64,000 nt of DNA from Isurus oxyrinchus (taxonomy: Eukaryota): positions 139,996,001 through 140,060,000 of the forward strand of contig JANJGN010000004.1 in the NCBI GenBank assembly GCA_026770705.1, read 5' to 3'. The notes beneath the pieces are model-generated. The model worked only from the letters and a program-made list of their open reading frames with translations. It made no database searches and was not told the DNA's origin. Each line of letters opens with the position of its first letter. Within the stretch, counting starts at the first letter, position 1. The position numbers and the translations under genes are program-made. Shown here in pieces: positions 26,091 through 37,743 of this stretch.

Positions 26091-27924
26091 AATAACTTCG
26101 AGTTAATCTTAAGCTGGTGCTTGTGGACACAATCAGCAATGAGGCTTTCAATGCAAGAATGAGAGGACGGAACAAGTGAAAATATCAGAGGAGGGAGGAG
26201 AGATAAAGACATAATAAAGAGCGTATCAGCAATGCTAAAAAGGGAAATTCAGAAATTAGTACTGTAACAATTGTTTTTTAATATTCACAAACAGTTCATT
26301 ATTACTAGCTTTCCCTCACATTGAGCAGAATTAGAAAACGGCTTTAAATTGTCCAAACAGAACTACTTTATGTGGTATATGGTTATGTACACATCTAGGT
26401 GTTCTGCATTCCTAAGTACAAAAATGATTAGGCAACAAGAGACCGTTCAAAACATGCATATGAAAGAAATGCCACAAAAACATTGCATGTCACAAATATT
26501 TTCATCAAAAATAACCTTCATAGGGCTGATGGTTTGTTCATGAGCTCAAATCACTAAATAAAATATATTACTGCTTATTCTGAGTATTGTTATCACTATG
26601 AGTGTCTTCATCAGAGGTTTCTCCTACTTAAAATAAGAAACATGAGTTTAGAACAGCCGAAAGGATTATGTATTGAAACATGCAATCATCTTTACTGCCA
26701 AGTAATTTACTTTACAGCAAAGTTAGAACATAACACAACACAAAATACTTCTAATTGTTTGTCTCAGTGTTCTTGGTCCACATGTTTTTGCTGAATTTAA
26801 CAATGCCAAATTGGCAAGCTGTATGTACCAGCTAGATCATTATGTGGTGCTATTGCATGCTAAATCCATTGACACTGTATAACTATATGAAAGGCATGCA
26901 GGAAAATATATACACTTGCATTTACCTGCAAGGCCAAAGTTTATATGAATGTTAAACATATTTATTCTACATAAAAATATAAGAAAGGGGTTGAAAAGTC
27001 ACAGAAGTGAAAGAAAAATGTACTGGCTTTAGTTGCAGTATGATGTTCATTGAAAAAGATCTAAAAATTGGAAATAATCATAAAACAAAAGAGCAACCAT
27101 TTATTAAACTAAAAATACATTGAATGGTTGTATGTTGCAACTGAAATATGTTTGCAAATGAAAAAACACAAAAGGAAATAGTTACAATTTTAGAGACTAT
27201 TTTTTAAATGTTGGAAACAATTTCAGTCCAAAAAAAACCTCAAAAAATCAGCAAAATTGTTATTAATATTGAACATACAGAATATTAAAAAGTACACTTC
27301 TGAAGAATATTAAAATGATTAAAACTTTTGAAGGAGACATAATCTCGTCAAAGTCTTCCAGTAATCCTGTTCAAAATAAATGATTTTTTTAAAAGTTTAA
27401 ATCTACATATCAAACATTGTAATAATAAACAAAGTTTAAAGAAAGTTTTTCCTAAAATAATGTAATTACAATATAATGATTACAGAAGTGCATTATGCTA
27501 AGAATTGAGGTCATAAGACATTCTACAAACTGTAACATTGTTTTGCCAGTACATACAGTATTGCATTGGCTTTTAAATACAGCCTAATAAATGATAGGAA
27601 ACAATCCACACATTTTAAATAGGGAAGTTGGAACGCAAGAATGTTATTCGAACTTTGTTGACAGGTAGCCTCCCCCATCAAAAGCACAGTCATAAATTGT
27701 GCACTTGACTTGTGCCTGATTTTTTGACCATTATCATTAATTTATGCTTTGCAATTTCAAAGAGATATTCTGAACAAGAACTTCAAGTCATAAAATTACT
27801 CTTTGAATCACATAATTAATAACTACATTCAGAATTACACTTAAGATACCTGAAAAAAAATTCTATCATAATTCAGTGCACATTGTAAAATAAGTATTTT
27901 ATATCTCCCCCTTAATAAAATAAT

Positions 27925-28170
27925 ACAACTTGCATATGTACAGGAGTTATCCTATCTAAATGTCCCACAGCGCTTCACACAATAATTGCTTTTTAAGTGT
28001 GGTAGTGGTTGCTCTTAGGCCTCAACAGAGACATTCCACTCAGCAATGGAAATGAGAACAGGACAGTAGAAAATTCCATGCTCTTCTTGGAATGGTGCCA
28101 TGTATTTTAAACGTGTACCTGCAACATCTAACTCGGAAGAGGACACATTGGCTCGTCTCATCCAAAGGAT
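27925..28170 (-). mobile_element. Old DeuSINE-like remnant
   Basis: cgtctcatccaaagga and gtgccatgtattttaaacgt are the antisense of the Deu core seen at 61313-61768. An L2-type tail (cttgcat...cagcgcttcaca) is present. Confidence 0.55.
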
Positions 28171-28304
28171 GAACATATATGGACATATTTTTGAAAATAC
28201 ATGCATTGCGAAAATAAACTCAGGTTTATAGTTATTTTATGGCTTAATACAAACCTACTGCACCCAACTAAGGTAGCTCTATAATTTTACTTGCTTCATA
28301 TAAG

Positions 28305-30348
28305 TTCCCTCTAGAGTGATAGGAAGGAGTAACAAGCCCATAGAACCATGGATGACCAGAGATATTCAGGATACAATGAGAAGGAAAAGAGAGGCGTTTA
28401 GCAGGTACAAGAGGAGCAAATCAGCAGAGGCATTATAGAGTACAGAAAGTGCAGGGTGGAGCTTAAGAAAGCAATTAGGAGAGCAAAAAGGGAATATCAG
28501 AAAGCTCTTGCTGGTTAAAGTAGGGAAAATCCTAAGATATTCCGTAAGTATATCAATGGGAGGAGGATAACCAGGAAAAGACTAGTGCCCATTAGGGACC
28601 AAGGGGACAATCTATGGGTGGAGCCAGAGCACATCAATAGAGTGTTGAACGAATACTTCACATCCAACTTCACCCAAGAGAATAAGGATGAAGGTATCAA
28701 ATTTGAGGAGACTGCTAGGTTCTTGAGCAAATTGATATAGGGAGCGACAAGGTATTGGAGGTGTTGGCAAGCTTAAAAGTGGACAAATCTCCAGGTCGGA
28801 TGATTTGTGTCCCAGACTGCTGAGGGAGGCAAGGGAGGAGATCTGGGCTCTGACCCAAATTTTTAATTCCTCTCTGGCCAAGGAGGAATTGCCAGAGGAC
28901 TGGAGAACAGCTAATGGGGTTCCGCTATTTCAGAAGGGTTGTAGAGATAAGCCAGGGAACTACAGACCAGTGAGTCTCACGTCAGTGGTAGGGAAATTAT
29001 TGAGAAAATTCTGAAGGGGAGAATCTATCTCCACTTGGAGAGGCAAGGTTTGATCAGGGATAGTCAGCATAGCTTTGTCAGAGAAAGGTCATGCCGAACA
29101 AATTTGATTTAATTTTTTGAGGAGGTGACCAGGTGTGTAGATGAGGGTAGTGCAGTTGATGTAGCTTATATGGATTTCAGCAAAGCCTTTAACAAGGTCC
29201 CGCATAGGAGACTTATAAAGAAGGCAAATGTACATGGGATACAGGGTTATTTGATAAGGTAGATTCAAAATTGGATTAGTTGTAGGAGACGGTGATGACA
29301 GAAGGCTGCTTTAGTGACTGGAAGCCAGTATTCAGTGGCATACCACAAGGATCTGTGCTGGGTCCCCTATTATTCGTCATTTATATAAATGACATAGGTG
29401 ACTATGTGGGAGGTAGGATTAGTAAGTTTGCGGATGACACAAAGATTGGCCGGCTGGTTAACAGTGAACTTGAGTGTCTTGGGCTACAGGAAGTTATAAG
29501 CAGGATGGTCAAATGGACAGATAAGTGGCAGACGAAATTTGACCCTGAAAAGTGTGAGGTGATACACTTTGGAAGGAGCAATTTGACAAGCAAGTATTCA
29601 ATGAATGGCATGACACTAGCAAGTTCTGAGGAACAAAGGGACCTTGGTGTGTGTGTCCATAGATCTCTGAAGGCAGAGGGGCATGTTAGTGGGGTGGTGA
29701 AAAAGGCATTTGGGACACATGCCTTTATCAATTGAGGCATAGATTACAAACGTAGGAAGGTCATGTTGGAGTTGTATAGAACCTTGGTGAGGCCACAGCT
29801 GAAGTAGTGTGTGCAGTTCTGGTCACCACATTATAGGAAAGATGTGATTGCACTGGAGAGAGTGCAGAGGAGATTCACCAGGATGTTGCCTGGGATGAAA
29901 CATTTAAGTTATGAAGAGATGTTAGATAGACTAGGGTTGTTTCCGTTGGAGCAGAGAAAACTGAGGGGTGACCTGATCCAGGTGTACAAGTTTATGAAGG
30001 GCATAGACAGGGTGGATAGGGAGCAGCTGTTCCCCTTAATTGAAGGGTCAGTCATGAGGGGACATAAGTTCAAGGTGAAGGGCAGGAGGTTAGAGGGATG
30101 TGAGGAAAAATTTTTTTACCCAGAGGGTGGTGATGGTCTGGAATGTGCTGCCTGGGAGGGTGGTGGAGGCAGGTTGCCTCACATCCTTTAAAAAGTACCT
30201 GGACGAGCACTTGGCACGTCATAACATTCAAAGCTATGGATCAAGTGCTGGCAAATGGGATTAGGTAGGTAGGTCAGGTGTTTCTCAAGTGTCAGCGCAG
30301 ACTCAATGGGCCAAAGGACCTCTCTTGCACTGTGTGACTCTGTGATGT
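28305..30348 (+). mobile_element. 5'-truncated CR1 LINE (copy 2, same subfamily as 12860-15520)
   Basis: Colinear and highly similar to 13461-15520. Contains SGIPQGSVLGPLLFVIYINDI and FADDTK, with its own tail and different flanks. Confidence 0.95.
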
Positions 30349-30694
30349 ATGACTAAAGTCTAAAAGCTATCCATAGCATTTGCAGGTTACAATTAATTTC
30401 AACTTAGAAGTACATCAGGGCTTAAATTCAACACTGTTTCATTTGTGCTGCATGAACCTGTCTGATGGCTGTCCACTGCCCCACCCTAGAGTTACCTGTG
30501 GATCTTAGCAGGGATTAAATTGTTAAGTTCCCAATTGGGGAACTGCTTCTAGGCTCTGATTAGGGCTTACAGCTCACCTGAATTCTCATAAATTTAGTTT
30601 GGTCCTTAAACCTCTCTGTTCCAGCGTACCGCCAAGCTCATGCTCAATACTGAGTGCTAATGAACTCGGGGCCATTTTGTCATTCAATTTTTTG

Positions 30695-31100
30695 TGTTTT
30701 ATTCACTCACAGGCTATGAGCCAGCTTTTATTGCACATCCCTAATTGCTCTTGTAAAGGTGATTGTGAGTCTCATTCTTGACAAGTAAGTGGCTTGAAAG
30801 GCTACTTCAAGAGCCAGTTAAAAGTCAACAACACTGATATGGGTCTGGAGTCACATATAGGGCAGATTAGACAGATTTTCTTCCCTACAGGCTGTTAATA
30901 AATTAGATGGGGTTTTATGACAAACCAGTAGTTGCATGGTCACCATTACTGACATTAGCTTTCTAATTCCAGGTTTATTTAATTAATTAAACTTAAAAAT
31001 CCCAGCTGCAGAGGTTGGATTTGAACTCATATCTCCAGATAATTAGTCCAAGCCTCTGGATTACTATCTCAGTAACAACCACAATGCTACCATACCCTCT
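30695..31100 (-). mobile_element. Full-length tRNA-derived SINE with a LINE-family-B 3' tail
   Basis: Head ggtagagggtatggtagcattgtgg...gagttcaaatcc. The tail, read on + as tttattgcacatccctaattgctcttg, matches the family B 3' end. Confidence 0.8.
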
Positions 31101-32377
31101 ACCAAATTATAGTATGCTTATCTGAGGCCAAATCAAATATAACTGAAGCTTATATAGGTCTCTTTTGAGTAAAATAACTATTACAATTTACAATTATTTA
31201 AAAGCCAATGCATTGTATCCCTTTTAATTAAAATTGATGTTTTTTTATTGGCCAAGCAGAGCTGTACTTCAGCTGCAGCAGTGACAGGCTTACCAGAAAC
31301 ATTAATGAAACGACGCCCCATCATAAAAATATCAACACAAACCACATCAATGACACCTTTAAATAGGTAAACTGAAGACAGCATTTTTCATAAAGAGTCA
31401 TCTGTAACAATTTCATCATTTTTACAGAAGTATTAATATTGGATGATGGGAAGATGGTTAAAGTTTCCATTCAATTTTTTGCACTACAATTAAAATGATC
31501 AATTTTCATTTTTTTACAGTTAGCTGGTAGAGATAAATATAACTATGCTTGTGGAAAAATGACAATTATAGATGGCCCTCCAGCATTCCTAAATATTATA
31601 AATCATGTAAGATTCAATAGCTATCATCAAGATTCTGTTCCCAAGAAGTCTTGAGCAACAACAAACTTGTACATAATCAATAAAAGTACCAATGTTCAAG
31701 GATCCTATTTATGCACTCAGAATAAGTTTGTCAAACATGATTTATAATAATCTCTTGACAGGACCAGGTATAACCCCCTGGACTAGAATCCAAGAAAGAA
31801 GCAAGTCATGGATTAGTCCTTAAGAAAATACTTTCATCCTGTCAAAATTCTATAAAACAAAACAGGCACTAAATAACTCTTCATTTTCCAGTCTCCAACT
31901 GGCCATAAAGCAAGAGATATCCTGTTGCTTGGTGATGATTGTATAGAGCAGCCAGTCCAAAGTAGGTGAGAAACAATCACACTTTGGATTGCTTTCAGTA
32001 TAAGTCCATTGTCAATTTAAGGTTTATCCTGAATACAGTCTTTTTTATTTTGCTCATTATTTGTAATCTATACTGAGGTGCATAAAACCATGAAGATGAT
32101 GTTCAAACCTTTAGATATCACTGTTTATTAAAATTTAATTACCAGGAGGATAAAATAAGAACAATCTGTCACAAAATCCACCAAAATAATTTTTCAATTG
32201 TACATACATGTAGACGTTGGTTATTATTCTATCCTCCTACATTCTTTTTGTAAAATGAGAATTAAAGAAAAGATATCTGTCTTGGTTAAAATAGTAAAGC
32301 AAGGCTTCGAAATATTGTGGCACTGCAGAAATTGATGATGATTATGAGAACTGCTGTCATTATACACAGAAACCAAC

Positions 32378-32587
32378 CTTCACATCCAATGACAGACCGA
32401 GAAGATGCCTGAAAACTAATTACTCCTGCAACATTATCATTGGCCAGAATGACCAGAGTGACAGTGTTGGAGCTGGGCAGAATACGACTGCCACCTTCAG
32501 TGTGTGTTAGACGGACTAGAATAGTTTCATTGTCTTCTGGTTCTTCATCATCCACAATTATTAATGTGATTATTCTCTTACTCACAC
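32378..32587 (-). CDS. ADGRV1: ADGRV1 coding exon D (210 bp)
   Basis: Acceptor atgcag|GT, donor G|gttggt. Encodes GVSKRIITLIIVDDEEPEDNETILVRLTHTEGGSRILPSSNTVTLVILANDNVAGVISFQASSRSVIGCE, with the Calx-beta DDxxPExxE motif. Confidence 0.96.
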
Positions 32588-32899
32588 CTGCATACACAAA
32601 GAGAGATAAAGTAAGATTTACTTTTTAGCTTTCTTGACCTATTTATCTGTAATTTATGTTTAAAATATCACCCAAAACATTTTATTTCCAGATAATTGTG
32701 AAGGGACTTTAAAACAACACACATCTGTGAAAATCAGGACTTTTTTCTGTTAAAGATGTACTAGAATAACCTGAGCAGACTTGAAACTATTGTGCACACT
32801 TTAATAGCCAACAAGAATCTGCTATTAATATGGTTAACTATTTTTTTTTAAAAAACGGGTGTGAAAAAGATGGCTGATATCTAATTTCATTGATACAAT

Positions 32900-33045
32900 T
32901 AAAAGGGAGCTGGATAAGTACATGAGGGTGAAAGAAATGCACTGCAGTTGATAGAGTGAGGCAGGAGGACTCTTATGTGGAGCACAAACACTGGCATAGA
33001 CCTGTTTGGCCAAGTGGACTGTTTCTGTGCTTTAAATTCTATGCA
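32900..33045 (+). mobile_element. CR1 3' tail fragment in the short C-D intron
   Basis: aagggagctggataagtacatg...ctgtgctttaaattctatg, the same tail type as 20900-21065. Confidence 0.7.
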
Positions 33046-33250
33046 AAAAAATTCCAGCCATATTATCTGATGGATTAGGAAAATGAGTAACTCCACGCTC
33101 GAAGAAAAAGGTAAAATGTCATTAAGCTCTCATGTGTAAAGCAATGTACCAAAAACATATTCTATGTTTTGTATAGCTCTTCATGTATTCAAAATAAAGC
33201 AGTGAAATTAGAAAAAGATATATTACTTCACACATACATAACTACCCTAC

Positions 33251-34062
33251 CTTCTGCAAATGTTAAAATTTCACCATCACCAATAAAATCAATGTTCGTT
33301 GTAGCTGTGCCACCAACCACGCTCCACTCCACAGTTACCTCACCAAGACTTCCACCACTCCTATCTATGACCAATTGCACTGTTGTCTGACTTTCTTCCA
33401 TTACTTCAAGATAACGCCCTTCATCTGTGGCATTAGAATTTGTACTGTAAATCAAAAAGGTCCCAAATGCATCTCCATTCATAACTATTACAATAGTGGA
33501 GATATTTGGTTGGCCAATTGTAGGTTGGTTTGCTGGAGTAACCATTTCATTCACCAGTTCCACATTTAAAATCAAAATGGCAAATTTTTCATCGCGTTCT
33601 GGTGCACTGTCAGTTTGTATTGAAACCGAGAGATTTGCAAACTCATCGCCTTCATGCATGGTCGACCATAATCCAGTGACAGGCTCATAATCACTACCAG
33701 CTGTTGCCAGGGTACTCAGAAGAGCAGACACGCTTGAACTATTCTTGAGATATGTTGTGAATTCTGTGCTGTTGGTCAGTATGTTAGACAACGAAGCTAT
33801 CCAGAAGCACTTTGATATCCCAGAGATATTTGTAAACGAGAAGGCTAAACAAGCTTCTTCATTTAGGCAAATAGCTGCACACGCACGTAAAGCATCCCTC
33901 TCCAGAGAAACATTCTCCTGAAGAATAGTTTCGCCATTTGCAATTCCAGCGACTGGGGGTTCATAGTAAGAGAATATGTCCTGTCCCTCTTTTAACAAAA
34001 GGTCCACAAAGTCAATTTTGGAGGTGCTGTAAAATATTTGTAGTTGTCCAAAATGGCCTCCG
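33251..34062 (-). CDS. ADGRV1: ADGRV1 coding exon C (812 bp), Calx-beta repeats plus a Cys-rich insert
   Basis: Acceptor atgtag|C, donor G|gtaggg. Open frame SGGHFGQLQIFYSTS...AGSDYEPVTG...TDSAPERDEKF...NGDAFGTF...DFIGDGEILTFAE. Phase 2 to 1. Confidence 0.97.
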
Positions 34063-34344
34063 CTACATGGAAAGCAAGCACAATTAAATACTTTATTAGA
34101 AAATGCATTCAAGGCCCACCTTAACACACTGCATTTTTAGTTCTTAGCAAGTTACTGTCATAGGGCTTGGACTCAATATTCAGTTATGGCATGACTCAAG
34201 GTCAACAAAAAGTATCTCCAGATTAATCTAGATGAACTTCAACATCACAGGCTCATGTGTCATACGCTGCTTAACTAATGCAACTGACCATCAATAGGAC
34301 TTGCTTTTATAAATCACTTATAATGTAGGAAAATATCAGGTGCT

Positions 34345-34565
34345 TCACCTGAGAATAATTAGATGAAAATTAACATCAAGCCAAGAGTATAGGCTTTGAG
34401 GGTGGCTATAAACTTGGTCAAATAGGTAGGTTTTAAGGAGTGTCCTAAAGTAGAAAAGTGAGTTGGAAGTCAGAGAGATTTGGGAGGGAATTTCAGACTT
34501 TGCGATCCAGATGGCCGAAGGCCCAGCCAATTATGGTGATATAAAATGAGCTTGCACGAGAGACC
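34345..34565 (-). mobile_element. L2-like LINE 3' fragment
   Basis: Translation FRTLLKTYLFDQVY resembles the L2 C-terminal FKxxLKTxLF motif. Confidence 0.6.
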
Positions 34566-34569
34566 AGAG

Positions 34570-35435
34570 TTCTTTTTTTAATTCACTCACGGGCATGTGA
34601 GCTTTGCTGGCTAGACCAGCATTTACTGCCAATCCCGAACTGCCCTTGAGAAGGTAGTGGTGAGCTGCCTCCTTGAACCACTGCAGCCCATGTGGTGTAG
34701 GTACACTCACAGTGCTGTTCGGGAGAGAGTTCCAGGACTTTGACCCAGCAACAGTGATGGTGAGTTAGTGAGCGGCTTGAAAAGGAACTTCCAGATGGTG
34801 GTGTTCCCTTGTGTCTCCTGCCCTTGTCCTTCTAGATGGTAGCATCGTGGGTTTGGAAGGTGCTGTCTAAGGAGCCTTGGTGAGTTCCTGCAGTGCATCT
34901 TGTAGATAGTACACACTGCTACTACTGTGCCTCAGGTGGTGGAGGGAGTGAATGTTTGTGATGGGGTGCCAAACAAGCAGGCTGATTGGACAAGGATGGT
35001 GTCATGCTTCGAGTGTTTTTGGAGCTGCACTCATCCATAAATTAAGACAGTATTCCACCACACTCCTGACTTGTGCCTTGTAGATGGTGGACAGGCTTTA
35101 GGGAGTCAGGAGGTGAGTAACCCACCACAGGATTCCTAGCCTCTGACCTGCTCTTGTAGCCACAGTATTTATATGGCTAGTCCAATTCAGTTTCTGGTCA
35201 ATGGTAACCCTCAGGATGTTGATAGTGGGGGATTCAGCAATGATAATGCCATTGAGTGTCATGGGACAATGGTCAGAATCTCTATTGTTGGTGATGGCCA
35301 TTATCTGGCACTTGTGTAGCCCCAGTGTTACTTGCCACTTGTCAGCCCAAGCCTGGATATTGTCCAGGTATTGCTGCATTTGGACATGGACTGCTTCAGT
35401 ATCTGAGGAGTCACAAATGGTGCTGAACATTGTTC
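34570..35435 (-). mobile_element. LINE family B, 3' 0.9 kb
   Basis: ORFs ...LDNIQAWADKWQV...VTIDQKLNWTSHINTVATRAGQRLGIL and CTIYKMHCRNSPRLLRQHLPNP, with the 3' tail at 34570-34660. Confidence 0.9.
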
Positions 35436-36046
35436 CTGGAGAGCAAGGTCTTTGGTCATGCCAATGTTTAATTGGAAGAAATTACAGATCATCAAATATT
35501 GGCAGCAGAGGGGTCAAGAGTGGCGATGCTAAGTTAGGCATCAGGGGCAGAATTTTACCCTTGGCGTGCAGGTGCACGCCCAACACGTCCGAGCATGAAA
35601 TCAAGCGCCTTGATGTTGGCCGGGCCTACCGAAGTCAATGTGCAGTTTCGTGACATTTCGCTAGGCGGGCGCGCGATGAAGACAGGGGCGCGCCCACCAT
35701 TAATTAAGTGGCCAGTTAAGGCCCTTGAGAGACCAACTGTCTCCGACTTTACGTAGCCTGTGCAATTTTCAGGCAATCGCACAGGCAAAATGGGCAGGTG
35801 GGCAGACCATAATTAGCAATACCTCATCCACGGGCAGGAGAAGAAGGGTCAGTGGCCTTGACAAAGCAAATAGTGCATAGTTTTGGACATCACTTGCTGC
35901 TGGCTGCTTCTGTGACAACTTCATTTTGCTTCAGAGCTACATTCAGAGCATTTAGAGGCTTCAATTCAGGACTCAGTATTGTCTTCCAGGCCCCCGGGGG
36001 ATTCATACCACATGGCGCCTTCCAGGAATCAGACAGCCTTCCCTTA

Positions 36047-36184
36047 ACAAAAACAGAATTACCTGGAAAAACTCAGCAGGTCTGGCAGCATCGGCGGAGA
36101 AGAAAAGAGTTGACGTTTCGAGTCTTCATGACCCTTCGACAGAACTTGATCAATTCCAGCATCCGCAGTTTTCTTTGTTTTTAT
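36047..36184 (-). mobile_element. Penelope-like short insertion with hammerhead-like motif and 13-bp TSD
   Basis: Flanked by a perfect direct repeat cagccttccctta (36034-36046 and 36185-36197). It contains the terminal repeat plus a short inverted piece. Confidence 0.85.
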
Positions 36185-36205
36185 CAGCCTTCCCTTACCC
36201 TGGTT

Positions 36206-37429
36206 ATGGGGATTGTGGTCTCTGCTGGAGGCACCTCCTCTGAGGAGGGAGGGCTGGAAAGGGGAGGAGGCCAGGTGTCCCTATTCAGCTTCCATGGGAG
36301 TGGCCTGTGGGAGGAGAGACGCAGGCACAAGGGGTGCAGGGCCAACAGGATGTCCAAGACAGAAGGGGCCACAGAAGACGTCACTATCCTGCTGCCAGGA
36401 TTTACAGGCAGTGATGCAGCTACCTCAATATGTCTGAAGTGCAATGCCAAAGGAGGCTCCGTCTCTCAAGGGAGACAGCAACCTCCATCTGTCAGAGGAT
36501 CGGCCCTGAGATCAGCTCTGGCTCTGTGGGTGGACACCCCATGCCAGTGGTGCTGAAGGTCACGGTGGCACTAAACCTCTGTGCCTCCAGCTTTTTCCAG
36601 TGGTCAGTGGGAGTTGTGTGTGGATTCTCCCAATCAGCTGTCCATAGTTGTGTCAAACTGGTGACAGATGCCCTGTTCAGGCGTGCAGTGACTTTGAATT
36701 ACTACCATACGGGCAAGGCCAGCCAGGCAGAGTGAGCTTTGCAGTGATTGATGGGCTCCCCCACGTCCAGGGTGCAATAGACTGCACACGTGTGGCCATC
36801 AAGATGCCAGCAAGTGAGCTGGGAGCCTTCATCAACAGGAATGGATTCCACTCCATGAATGTGCAGATAGTGTGTAACAACAGGATGCAGATTTGCAAGT
36901 CTGTGCCAGGTACCCTGGTAGCTCCCATTACGCTTACATCCAGAGACACTCCCAGGTCCCAAGGCTCTTCAGTGCTCCAGGCCAGCTGGATGAATGGATG
37001 CTGGGTGATATGGACTATCCCCATAAAAGATGGCTCATGACGCCTTTCTGCCATCCAAGGACAGAGGCTGAGCAGCAGTACAACAGGAGCCACGCCTCCA
37101 CAAGGGCGGCGGTAGAGAGAGCCATAGGTGTTCTCAAGATGCACTTCCAATGCCTGGGTCATTCAGAGGGTGCACTGCAATACCCCCCAGATCGTGTGTC
37201 GCTGATAGTGGTTGCATGCTGTGCTCTACACAATCTGACACTGCAAAGGGGAGGCGCAGCGGAGGAAGATGATCTTGACGCAGCTGCAAGATCAACAGAT
37301 GATGAGTCCAGTAGTGAGTCCGAGGGCGAGCATGCTCAGGAGAATGCTGAGGGCATAGGCACTGATCTGGGTAACCTCCAGGGAGGCAGGGACACCCGGG
37401 ATGGTTTGATCCAACGCTCCTTCAGCTAG
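36206..37429 (+). pseudogene. Harbinger (HARBI1-like) DDE transposase, frameshifted
   Basis: KVTVALNLCAS, VQGAIDCTRVAI, INRNGFHSMNVQIVC, ARYPGSSHY, WMLGDMDYP and YNRSHASTRAAVERAIGVLKMHFQCL, spread over several frames. Confidence 0.93.
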
Positions 37430-37743
37430 CCTACCAAATAAGAACCACCAACACATGCCAGGACTGCAGGCTCCATACTTGATCCCTGGCAGGACCAGTT
37501 CCTTGGTCAACAACATATGCTTTATTGCAGTGGCAAATAGTGTAATGAGTCACATGTCCATCATAACATCATGGCTTATCCTGCACCTACACCACAAATG
37601 AAGCATCCAGAGGCCAGGCGCAAAAAAAAAAATCTAATTTACTGCTGACTGACAAACATTGCAGGAATTAACAGTGACCAGTTTTTTACATCACACCATG
37701 AAAAAAAGAACAGAAAAATGGGGGAAACAAATATTACCCATAA

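Noticed and set aside
36206-37429. Host HARBI1 gene
   Set aside because: It is frameshifted, enclosed by TIRs and paired with a Myb-like gene, so it is a transposon copy rather than the domesticated gene.
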